Of a stretch of 64,000 nt of DNA, positions 26,001 to 37,645 are shown piece by piece (the first letter of the stretch is position 1; the number at the start of each line of letters is the position of its first letter). The notes beneath the pieces were generated by a model that made no database searches, had not been told where the DNA came from, and was given only the letters and a program-made list of their open reading frames with translations. The translations under genes were made by a program, and so were the position numbers. Source of the DNA: Saccostrea cucullata (taxonomy: Eukaryota); the NCBI RefSeq assembly GCF_032062105.1, contig NW_026918275.1, positions 1-64,000 of the forward strand, written 5' to 3'.

Positions 26001-28228
26001 TGTAAGTCCCCAAACTTGTACCCTGTGTATTAGGTCCTCAGTTTACATATATACCTTATCTTGTGTGTAAGAAGTCCCCAAACTTAGTTCCATGTGTATT
26101 AGGTCCTCAGTTTATATATATACCTTATCTTGTGTGTAAGTCCCCAAACTTGTACCCTGTGTATTAGGTCCTCAGTTTACATATATACCTTATCTTGTGT
26201 GTAAGAAGTCCCCAAACTTGTACCCTGTGTATTAGGTCCTCAGTTTACATATATACCTTATCTTGTGTGTAAGTCCCCAAACTTGTACCCTGTGTATTAA
26301 GTCCTCAGTTTATATATATACCTTATCTTGTGTGTAAGTCCCCAAACTTAGTTCCCTGTGTATTAGGTCCTCAGTTTACATATATACCTTATCTTGTGTG
26401 TAAGAAGTCCCCAAACTTAGTTCCCTGTGTATTAGGTCCTCAGTTTATATATATACCTTATCTTGTGTGTAAGAAGTCCCCAAACTTGTACCCTGTGTAT
26501 TAGGTCCTCAGTTTACATATATACCTTATCTTGTGTGTAAGTCCCCAAACTTGTACCCTGTGTATTAGGTCCTCAGTTTATATATATACATTATCTTGTG
26601 TGTAAGAAGTCCCCAAACTTGTACCCTGTGTATTAAGTCCTCAGTTTATATATATACCTTATCTTGTGTGTAAGTCCCCAAACTTAGTTCCATGTGTAGT
26701 CCTCAGTTTATATATATAAGTCCTCAGTTTATATATATACCTTATCTTGTGTGTAAGTCCCCAAACTTAGTACCCTGTGTATTAGGTCCTCAGTTTATAT
26801 ATATACCTTATCTTGTGTGTGTCCCCAAACTTGTACCCTGTGTATTAGGTCCTCAGTTTACATATATACCTTATCTTGTGTGTAAGTCCCCAAACTTGTA
26901 CCCTGTGTATTAGGTCCTCAGTTTATATATATACCTTATCTTGTGTGTAAGTCCCCAAACTTGTACCCTGTGTATTAGGTCCTCAGTTTACATATATACC
27001 TTATCTTGTGTGTAAGAAGTCCCCAAACTTGTACCCTGTGTATTAGGTCCTCAGTTTACATATATACCTTATCTTGTGTGTAAGTCCCCAAACTTGTACC
27101 CTGTGTATTAGGTCCTCAGTTCTTGTGTGTAAGTCCCCAAACTTGTACCCTGTGCATTAGGTCCTCAGTTTACATATATACCTTATCTTGTGTGTAAGTC
27201 CCCAAACTTAGTTCCCTGTGTATTAGGTCCTCAGTTTATATATGTACCTTATCTTGTGTGTAAGAAGTCCCCAAACTTGTACCCTGTGTATTAGGTCCTC
27301 AGTTTATATATATACCTTATCTTGTGTGTAAGTCCCCAAACTTGTACCCTGTGTATTAGGTCCTCAGTTTATATATATACATTATCTTGTGTGTAAGAAG
27401 TCCCCAAACTTGTACCCTGTGTATTAAGTCCTCAGTTTACATATACCTTATCTTGTGTGTAAGTCCCCAAACTTGTACCCTGTGTATTAGGTCCTCAGTT
27501 TATATATATACATTATCTTGTGTGTAAGAAGTCCTCAAACTTGTACCCTGTGTATTAGGTCCTCAGTTTATATATATACCTTATCTTGTGTGTAAGTCCC
27601 CAAACTTAGTTCCATGTGTGTTAAGTCCTCAGTTTATATATATACCTTATCTTGTGTGTAAGTCCCCAAACTTAGTTCCATGTGTATTAGGTCCTCAGTT
27701 TACATATATACCTTATCTTGTGTGTAAGAAGTCCCCAAACTTGTACCCTGTGTATTAGGTCCTCAGTTTACATATATACCTTATCTTGTGTGTAAGTCCC
27801 AGTTTATATATATAACTTGTACCCTGTGTATTAGGTCCTCAGTTTATATATATACCTTATCTTGTGTGTAAGTCCCCAAACTTGTACCCTGTGTATTAGG
27901 TCCTCAGTTTACATATATACCTTATCTTGTGTGTAAGAAGTCCCCAAACTTGTACCCTGTGTATTAGGTCCTCAGTTTACATATATACCTTATCTTGTGT
28001 GTAAGTCCCCAAACTTGTACCCTGTGTATTAGGTCCTCAGTTTATATATATACATTATCTTGTGTGTAAGAAGTCCCCAAACTTGTACCCTGTGTATTAG
28101 GTCCTCAGTTTACATATATACCTTATCTTGTGTGTAAGTCCCCAAACTTGTACCCTGTGTATTAGGTCCTCAGTTTATATATATACCTTATCTTGTGTGT
28201 AAGTCCCTTTACTTGTACCCTGTGTATT
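26001..28228 (+). repeat. Satellite array, 65-bp unit (variants to ~69 bp), roughly 33-34 copies
   Basis: Unit GTAAGTCCCCAAACTTGTACCCTGTGTATTAGGTCCTCAGTTTACATATATACCTTATCTTGTGT; period 65 (26882 to 26947). Confidence 0.97.
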
Positions 28229-28852
28229 CATGTCGAATCATGTCGAACAAAATTGCTGCGTTTGCTCTCAAGAACATCTTTTTGTAATAGTACTATTGTG
28301 GCAAGGCCGTTACTAGGCTTAAATTTTTAGTGAGGCAAGGGATCTGGAGGCAACCAGGATAATTCTCAGGGGGGGGGGGGGGTGAAACCCGTATTTTCAG
28401 GCAATGAAAGACAATCTTTTTTTTTTTTTTTTACATTTTGAATTATATTTTTTTTTACATGCTTTCAACACGATAATGAAGCACCTGGTGATATGATCGA
28501 TTTACAGAAAAGGAAACAAAAGTTTAAAATCTTAATTTTGTTTAAAGATCGAAACACATAATTAATTTAAGTGCACTTTCAGAAAACTCTTAAAATTTTA
28601 GTGAGGGATTTGCCTCAGTCAGTGGTACTTACGACATATGTGGCAGAGATACTGCAGAAAAGATCGATGCAGTTCATTCCTCGGGAAAATGTGCATTGTT
28701 GACTAGTACTAAAGCGATACATGAAAAGAAAAAAAAAACAAAAAAAACAAAACAAAACAAAAAAAATCTTCACGCAAGTAGCAATCGATCGCAACGGATA
28801 TTCCTAAGCCTTTTCTAATGTCTGAAATATTGGCCTATAGATCAAAGCAGAT

Positions 28853-29392
28853 ATCTTCTTCTTCCCATTCAATACAAACCATTTAAGTATTATCGCATTC
28901 TGCATTAGGGGTGAGTGTCTATATACAGTGCTCGTTAAAATTAAAAAAATAAAAGATATTAAAAGCGCAGTTGTGATTTCTACTAGAGATTGGCACTGGA
29001 CAGCTGGGTCTTAAAGCTGTTCAGGGTCTTGGCATCAACTGTTCTTCCTGGTAATGAGTTCCACAGCCGGATGGCTAAGGAGGAGAAGGAGGTCTTGTAC
29101 ACTTCTGTTCTGGTGTGTGGTAGCAGGAATCGCAGGGTGTGGCCTCTGGTTCTCAGTGATGGATGTAGGTAGCTCTCCGCCGGGATGTCCAAAAGATGGT
29201 AGACTATCCTGTATAGCATGTTGTCTGGGACTCTTTCCCGACGGATCTGTAGTGACTGCCATTGGAGCTGCTGAAGTATGAATGTTACGCTGCTTCTTTT
29301 TTGGTAATATCCAATTGCGAATCTGTCTGTCCTACGCTGTACGTACCGCCTCGATCTTCTTGATGCCCTCCTTCTTGGCCGGGGACATATTC
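28853..29392 (-). mobile_element. 5'-truncated CR1/L2-type LINE (RT C-terminus, 3'UTR, GAA tail)
   Basis: MLYRIVYHLLDIP...RTRGH...YKTSFSSLAIRLWNSLP...LNSFK, ending in GAAGAAGAAGA. Confidence 0.85.
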
Positions 29393-29591
29393 GATGGTAG
29401 ATCGTACAAGTGTAAATATCAATGTAAATTTACATTTAATTTGCGAAGTGCAACCCCCTTCCCCCTCCTTTTAAAAATCACATGTTTTTAAAGTTGTAAT
29501 TAAGTAGGATGTCTTGGATTTGGTATTTAATTAGGATAAAAAAATTATGCTACATGTACCTCTCCCTGCGTAGCAAGTAGGCTAGCTTTGC

Positions 29592-29730
29592 AAGTGGCGG
29601 ATCCAGGAATCTTGAAAGGGGGGCAACAAGTTTGGGGTCGGTGCCCAAAGCCACACACAAAAAATGATTTATTAAATCTTATGTATATCTAGACTCAAAA
29701 GCCCCCCCCCCCCCCTCTAAATCCGCCAGT
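29592..29730. mobile_element. Short MITE
   Basis: AGTGGCGGAT...ATCCGCCAGT imperfect inverted ends with G/C tracts. Confidence 0.5.
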
Positions 29731-30179
29731 ATTTGCATACAAGATAGTAGCTTTACGTAGAGGCTAAGTAGCGGCTACGATCTTGAACGCACTCTGTCAA
29801 CTGTCTTATTGCATAAAATTACGACTGTTTATAACGAGCATTTGATGGACAGTGCTTCCCATTTCAGATTTTGTGTACAAGTTTTGTTGCAGGAAAGACA
29901 GTGACTTGATCAAAGTCTAAAATACATTTGAAGCAGTGGCATAGCGCCCTTTACGCAACAACACAAATGAATACACAGATTTTTTAAAAAAGAAAATTAA
30001 AATAATAATAGTAATAATAAAAAAAACATGTCGAAAGTTCAATAACGGATTAACATAATTAGGTTATTTTATAAAATCTAGATTGTTTTTATCCATACGT
30101 ACGAAATATAATATTTTCAGCTTCAACCTAAGATCTTTGAAACAGTGTATAATTATATCGTTTTAGAAACTTTTTTAAA

Positions 30180-30680
30180 AAGGAATCACTGTCTAGTTTG
30201 GAGAGTATGCCAGGGCATCAACAATAGTGGGAAACATGGGATAATTTTAGCATAACGGGCTTCGCCCCCTATGCTAAAATAAACCCATGTTTCCCACTTA
30301 TTGTTGATGTCTCTGGCATACTCTCCAAACTAGACAGTGATTCCTTATATTTCCATTTCATTGTGAAATAAAATTGAAGACTTAGACATTTAAAATGTAG
30401 ACTAATAGATTTAAATTACACAAGGACTTCCATGCCAATTTCCATAGTCCTCGCACACTGACGTCAAACACAAAGGCAGCCGCACGAGATTTACATGCAT
30501 ATTTTGCCTTCCTTAGCGTCAGACACAGAGACAGATGCGCATGAGATTTGCATGCGTATTAGGCCTCCTTAGCTGCTGACCTATCGACCTGCCTAATTTA
30601 CATTCCGGCAGAATTATCAAGAAATAATCTCCCCCAACTTTCAAACAGATATTACAGAGAAAAATGGAAATATTAGAATA
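30180..30680 (+). mobile_element. Hairpin-headed non-autonomous element (Crypton-type candidate)
   Basis: Near-perfect hairpin 30180-30346 (AAGGAATCACTGTCTAGTTTGGAGAGTATGCCAG...CTGGCATACTCTCCAAACTAGACAGTGATTCCTT). Then ATATTTCCAT at ~30347 and its inverse ATGGAAATAT at 30664. Confidence 0.7.
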
Positions 30681-31072
30681 ACAATGACGATCGAATTTCA
30701 GATATAACTGTATCCATTCAAAGCAAAAGCAAATAATAAACGATGCTTTTTACTAATTCCCCTAATAATCACCTAAATTAACTGCGTTGTACTAGCACTA
30801 TAATTTTAAACAATGAATTTTAAAATGTAGCAGCATTTTCAATGAAAAATATTCATAAGTTTAGTGAATATACCAGTGTATAGATTTTTTTTTTTTTTTT
30901 TTTTTTTTGCATTTATGAAAAACCTACGAAAGCCCATTGAGGCCAGTTCAGAGAAAGAAATATTTTTAATGCGTTTAAATGCAATGATTTTAGCGATTAA
31001 ACGCAATAATTATTGAGTTATTAACTGTGAAATTTTCGCCTTTTTAAAGATAATTTTAAATTATTTTTACAG

Positions 31073-31374
31073 GCTTGTATATTTTCCTTCAATCATCTAT
31101 CCCTTCATCGTCTCAAGCCACGGTCCGGAGTCCGTATATAGCTCTTTCCAGAATGGGAGAGGATCGTACATTTTGGCCGTGGTTTGAGACGATGCTATCC
31201 CTTATGCATGCCCATTATCTTGATATAAGAAACACTCAAAAAAGATCAATTCGTAACAATCCAGTGTACAGTTGTCAGTCAGATGGAACAAACCTAAGAA
31301 AAAAGCTCACTTTCTCCGAGGACAAGAACAACTCACTCTGTGTTACTCGATACAAGTATTCTCTGCAGCATTGA
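31073..31374 (+). CDS. Candidate terminal exon with a STAT-linker-like motif
   Basis: TTTTTACAG acceptor, then an open frame containing TFWPWFETMLSLMHAHYL, ending TGA. Confidence 0.35.
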
Positions 31375-34300
31375 GCGGCGATGAATTTCAATTGTATGTA
31401 TTCCTTAGAATTTAATCACATTGCTTTTATTCCATTTGTGCTACTGGTGCTTGTCTGGGTTACATGTAGTGTGTTACGTATTGCTTGAATTATTTGAGCT
31501 TAATATATTTAGAATAAGCTATATGTACTTTTGCTCTAGGTCAATGTTCTAATTTTGAAAAAAGTAGGGCTACATCTATCACTATCAGTATTGTACTCCC
31601 TTGGATTTCATTTAGGCCTATGTAATTTGCTCACATTAATGGTATGTTTTTATTATATCCACGGAAATATGTTGTAAAATAAATAGACTAGACAAAAGAA
31701 TAGCATTTCATAAACAGTAGATATTACCACAAAGTACAATGAGTAGTAAAGAAAATATCAGTTTCTAGTACATGTATTACGTTTGGAGATAAAAAGTTCA
31801 GAATAATAATGAAAGTGAAATAAAGATTTATGAAAAACAAATTGTAACATATATGTATTCAGCCTAATGTGACAAATCGGAACGGAAATCGACAAGCTTT
31901 CTGTAAAGAAAAAAACAAGCCCGGCCGGATAGGTCAGGTCCCTATTTATATTGAACTTTTCAACGCCATTTTGCGATAGTATGATAGAGTTTTCCCGCGT
32001 TTCGTAGAATAGCGGGAAAGCATTGTATGATAGAAACGTATTTTATTGGAAATGCCTGTTTATGGTAGGCGTGGCCAAAGGAAGACCAATGAGAAGGCGT
32101 TATTTTGTGAGGTGTTGGATCATTCCAAGCCAGTGCTCCGCAGAACACACACGTGTTTTTTATATTTATATTCAAATGAATACGTTTCTATAAATAATAT
32201 TACAACAATATTGTCATATTATTTGATTTTGCTTTATTATACATGTACATATATGGTGTTTCTGCATACCATGTACTGCTCCGAATGCATGTTCGGCATT
32301 CTCCCTTGAGGCATTATTTATACATAGCGACGTGCACATGTTTTCCATAGTTACTCGTCTATGTTTTTTTTTCTGGGCGGTTTTTAATGTCTTTAATAGG
32401 GGTACAATGCATAGCATGTAACTTATAGTTACATAATGTAACCATTGCAGTTCTTCATTGATCACATACACATTAGTGTATGACTGTTTGTTATGGATTG
32501 TTAGTTAAAGAGATATATGCCGTATTAGTGTTTTATTTTAAAAGAAATAAATGTATAGGTGGTGTCTCATCAAGTCGTAACGGTAAAAGTTATATACTTT
32601 CTGCAAATAAGACTATTCCACTCCATCACTTTTAAAAGTTATGAAATATTATTAGGTAAAAATTATTTTCTCTCCGAGACGGATAATAAACCGCCTCTTA
32701 TTGAAATATTCATGATCACGTGGTTTCGCATGCTCACAGCAAACAATGGTCCAATCTCGTGAATGAACCGAAAAGCATAATGGTCTACTACGTTTTTACT
32801 ACAAACACGTGAGTTAGGGATTGTTAATACGTGAGCACACCTCAGAGTTGGTTGCTTTTTGTACCGAGGAATAATCACGTGCAATTGTCTTTTCACTAGC
32901 AGTACAGCACGGTGAAACTCGAAACAAACGGACCTGTACAATGGAGTGGGGAAAACTTTAATCTTTATCATTGTTAATCATTTGTAGGCAAATATGAGCA
33001 TGGGATTAGTAGATAATAAATGTACATAATGTATTAAGCATGTAAATGCTTGGGAAAATGCATCAAGTCTTTCCGAGAGCGATTTTAAAAAACTAGCCTT
33101 TTCGAAAAACACATGTAGAATTTTATGTAGTAACCCATAAATGCATTAAATGCAACTCATTGAGCTGATTGGTATATTTGTCAGTCATATTGGTTCCTCA
33201 CTGATCAGACGTCACAAAAATATTTTCCTCGACCTGATTTTTCTCGCGATGCTTTTCCCGCGCACACGCGCAGATCCAGGATAAACGGTCAGTCCTTTAT
33301 AAATATGCATGAGAATATCGTGTTCTTTTCCGGACCAGTACTTTTTTAATACCGAATAATATTTCGTCGAATTTTCAAGAATGCTTCAATTTTTGATAGC
33401 TTATCATAATTCAGAAATTTTTGTTCGGTTTCAGCTGTGCAAAAATACTGCTTAACACGGCACACATATCTTTAAGCTTACAGCTTAAGTGTTGTATTAT
33501 TTGTCTATTTTGAGGCAAAGTCTGTCAAATAATGTGTGAAGAATATACTTATATAAAGCTGCTACAATAAGGAAAACATATTTGAAAAATAAGCCAACTT
33601 TACACATATTATGTAATTTTGAATGTTTGATATGAGGAATATCATTTAAAATTGATCACATTAAAGCAAACACGTTCTTTCATGTAATACTAGCCTAAGT
33701 ACTTTGCATTTCTTATTATTATTTTCACACTGCATGTGAAAAAAATATCACTTATATTCAATGGACGAAATATATTGCAAGAATTCCACTGTTGACAATG
33801 ATGTATGTATTGTCTTAATTCATGAAAACAAGAAATGCTTTGTTAAAAGAGGATTTAGTGGAGTTGTAAGTTTTGTCAAAACTCAGCATTTTTTTTGTTA
33901 ATATTTAGTAGAACTACGATTGTATAAAGATAAAAAAAAATATTTCGAGTTAATTTTCTGATGTAAAAACCTGGAAATCCATGTGCTTACAGGGCTTCGC
34001 TATAAATGGTTTATCGAGTCACTGAGATTTTTTTTATATACATATAATAAAATAATTCCATGGTCATACATGCATAGTCAGGGAGATTTTGCTATAATTT
34101 ATAAAACTGATTCCTGGACTAAATCCGTTATTTTGCGTAAACGGGGGAGAAGGGATGTTGGCAGGTATAACATAATAGTGGTGCTGTGGAGCCGTAATAA
34201 AATGTAAAGGGTAAATTTAAGAAGCCGTTTTCCTTATGTATATATAGTGAAGCAAAAAAATGTCTTTTGAACACATCCACCTCATTCCTTTAAAAAAACG

Positions 34301-34826
34301 TAAACCCCACCAACAGCGCATAGAAATAGATTATTTATAAACGTTTGGGAAATGATATAACATGTTTTTTTTTCTTTTTTATTTTCATTTGTTATTGCTT
34401 ATTAAGGAATTTCTGGATTGGAAATTTTTGGACTAAGGATAACCCTTTCCCACATTGAGAAATCCCTGAATCCGCGCCGGAATAAATAAATAAATAAACA
34501 TGTCCAACCATCTTCCAAACTTAAATTTATAAATATGTCCCCATTTCTGTTCCTTGTGTATGAGGGACTGAGTAAAGGTCCCCAATTCTGTAAGCTTATG
34601 AGAAGTTGGGTCCCCTACCTTTACACAGAGGTCCCCATATTGGCACTTCCGGGTCCCCATTTTCTAAATTTATGAATATATCATTCTAGCTCAAAGACTC
34701 AGTTTATTTACTTATTCCAGGATACTTACGGGGTAAAATAAGTTAAACAATACCAATTCTGCCACGAAATCGCTTAGTCCCCATTTTAAGATTTTTTGGC
34801 AGGGTCCCCAGATCGAAGTCCAAAAG

Positions 34827-35606
34827 GATTTTTGATAATCAGTGTTACCTTAGTTCTCTACACATACGAGGTAAAGCAGGAGAGGGAACTAGACTGGCCT
34901 GTTTGTTTACATTCAGCTGCGGTACCAGATTAATTCTGATTCTGACAAAATCGGACCGTGGTATTAGGATTGAAAAACTCACTGTCAGTGTCTTATCATT
35001 TATATTGATAGTTTTAAAATATTTTTCATCAGAATATAAACGTGATTCATGTAAGAAATCCATTCTACTCTGTAAATGAGCCCGGCTCTCTGTACTTCTG
35101 AGTACTTTGATGTGATCCTGTTCAAGGCAGGATGTTGACCCCATAGTCGCCATTTTAAAGCTACGTGCAAAAATATAGTTCTTACTCTCAACCGCTTTTG
35201 AGATAATACAAACGCTAAATAAAGCAACAAAAATGAAACGAAGTTTCATCTATAGAAAATAAACAGTAGTATTGACTTTGAAAACTTCATACGTCAAAGA
35301 ACATAGTTCATAAGCGTAAAGATTTTTGATAATCAGTGTTACCGTAGTTCTCTACACATACGAGGTAAAGCAGGAGAGGGAACCAGACTGGCCTGTTTGT
35401 TTACATTCAGCTGCGGTACCAGATTTATTCTGATTCTGACAAAATCGGACCGTGGTACTAGGATTGAAAAACTCACTGTCAGTGTCTTATCATTTATATT
35501 GATAGTTTTAAAAAAAAATTTCATCAGAATATAAACGTGATTTATGTAAGAAATCCATTCTACTCTGTAAATGAGCCCGGCTCTCTGTACTTCTGAGTAC
35601 TTTGAT
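34827..35606. repeat. Direct duplication of ~285 bp (34827-35111 and 35321-35606)
   Basis: Both copies start GATTTTTGATAATCAGTGTTACC and end GTACTTTGAT, with few mismatches. Confidence 0.95.
34849..35153 (-). CDS. First coding exon of a BTB/POZ-like protein
   Basis: AAAATGGCG start context. LQSRMDFLHESRLYSD...ININDKTLTVSFSILIPRSDFVR resembles a BTB N-terminus (SD..I.V.DK.F.VHK.IL..RS.YFR). GTAAC donor. Confidence 0.45.
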
Positions 35607-35701
35607 TTGTTTATTTTAAGATTTAAACCATATGTTCATATACATATTCTTTTATAATAATATAGGTAGTTATTTTTTATATTACATGTATTTCTTTAAA
35701 A

Positions 35702-36833
35702 ATGAAGGTAAGCTCAGTAAGTGGGGTGACGAGAACGGCCGATGATGTCAAAAAGAAATGGAGAAATGTTTCCAGCGACTCCAAGAAAAAGCTATCACAT
35801 GCGAGGAAGGAGGCTACAAAACAGGAGGAGGGTCATCGTCGGCAGTGGAACTCAGTGCCACAGAATGAAGGGTATTGGAGACGATGGGACAGACAGCAAC
35901 AGTGTGGAGGAATAGACACAACTGGACCATCTTCGTTCAATACCAGTCTACAGGAAACTTTCATTACTGATAGGTAATAATCAATGGATTATTAAATTCA
36001 TCAGATAAAGCTAAGTCATTTCCACCAAGACAAAATTTACTTTTATTCCCAAGCAAAAATCATGTATGTGTCTTTAATTTGCATTGTTTCCATTCAGCGA
36101 CCAACAAGAAAGTGTTACAGACGCCACATCAGAGACCACCCTTAAAAGGAAGAGGTCTTCCGGAAATGAGAAGGCTCACCACCTAGTAGAAATAAAACGG
36201 GAGAGATAAGAAGTAAAGTTTATGAAAATATCCGTACTCTATTTTCTTAGTTTCTTATAAATAACAAGAGGCCCACGGGCCTTATAGGTCACATGAGTAT
36301 CACGAAACAACTTTCATACTTAATTCAATACCCAGGAGCATAGCAGATTTTCAAAGAAATAATGCTTTTCACTATATAATCTATATAGCCCCACTCTAGC
36401 ACCTAAGAACCCCTGACCCCGGGGCCATGAATTTCACAATTTTGGTAGAGGACTCAATGCTGATTACAATCATGCAAACAGTTTGACTGCTTGATGTCCA
36501 GGAGTAAAGAAGAAGAATTTTAAAGATTGCATTAATTTTAGTGGTTTTGGCCCCACTCCTCAGGCCCCAGGAGGGCAGGGACCATGAAATTCACAAATTT
36601 GAAAGAGGCAGCATTATTCAACATAACTATGTATTTGGCTTGTTTATTAAATACCCAGAAGTAGAGAAGAATATTTTCAAAGAAATAATGTATTTTAACA
36701 GTATAATCTATATAGCCCAACCCTAGTACCTAAGAACCCCCTGACCCCAGGGCAATGAAATTCAAAATTTTGGAAGAGGCTGCCTTATTCAACAAAACTA
36801 GGTACTTGGTTTGTTTATCTACTGCCCAGGAGC

Positions 36834-36867
<34 letters not shown>

Positions 36868-37003
36868 CACTATATAATCTACATGTAGCCCCGCCCTAGC
36901 ACTAAAACCCCTGACCCCAGGGTCATGAAATTCACAATTTTGGAAGAGGTTGTCATATTTAACAAAACTATGTAATTGATTTGTTTATCTAATGCCCAGG
37001 AGC

Positions 37004-37037
<34 letters not shown>

Positions 37038-37620
37038 CACTACCTAATCTATGTAGCCCCGCCCTAGTACTAGAACCCCTGACCCCCGTGCCATGAATTT
37101 CACAATTTTAGTAGAGGACTCAATGCTGATTACAATCATGCAAACAGTTTGACTGCTTGATGTCCAGGAGTAAAGAAGAAGATTTTTAAAGATTGCATTA
37201 ATTTTAGTGGTTTTGGCCCCACCCCTCAGGCCCCAGGGGGGCAGGTATCATGAAATTCAGTTTTTGTTCCGCTTCACCCATAGATGCGTTATACCAAATT
37301 TGGTTGAAATTGGTCGAGCGGTTGCAGAGAAGAAGCTGAAAATGTTCAAATGTTAACACACGACGCACGACGACGGACGAAAACGGATAACAATAGTTCA
37401 CCTGACTTTACTCAGGTGACCTAATAAAGATTGATTTCCAAAAGTACAATTATAAAAGCAAGTACAATATAAACTTATTATTGTCAAATGTTCTTTACCT
37501 ATACCTTTAAATTACAGGTAGAGAAAAAGAGGCTGGAATTGGAGGAAAGAAGATTAGATCTAGAGCAGAGAAGATATGACTTGGAGGTAGAGAGACATTT
37601 TAGGGGGTTTATGGTGTGTT
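35702..37620 (+). pseudogene. Harbinger Myb/SANT-like DNA-binding protein (exons ~35702-35973, 36098-36212, 37518-~37620)
   Basis: VSSVSGVTRTADDVKKKWRNVSSDSKKK...EATK, frameshifted at the usual TGGG motif. C-terminal coiled coil VEKKRLELEERRLDLEQRR. Convergent with the Harbinger transposase. Confidence 0.8.
36263..37424 (-). mobile_element. Non-autonomous Helentron/Helitron with central repeats
   Basis: AACAAGAGGCCCACGGGCC end, tandem repeats, GACG microsatellite and TCACCTGA...TCAGGTGACCTAA stem. Confidence 0.85.
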
Positions 37621-37645
37621 ACTCGCAGAAAGTGCTTAAGTATTA

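Larger units (their letters stand above)
6522..34812. mobile_element. Candidate giant TIR element (or two related elements) with GGGGAC-motif ends
   Basis: Left end GGACCTGC...TCGTAAAATGGGGAC matches the reverse complement of the right end, GGGGACCCTGC...TCTTAAAATGGGGAC. GTCCCC/GGGGAC motifs cluster at 6522-6670 and 34535-34810. The left junction is hidden in the gap. Confidence 0.4.

Noticed and set aside
17890-28228. CRISPR-like arrays
   Set aside because: Whole units repeat with no unique spacers, there are no cas genes, and the context is eukaryotic.
34845-35249. 134-aa secreted protein, or a STAT DNA-binding-domain start
   Set aside because: The internal AAAATGGCG start, the GT donor and the BTB-like pattern fit better; the STAT resemblance was weaker.
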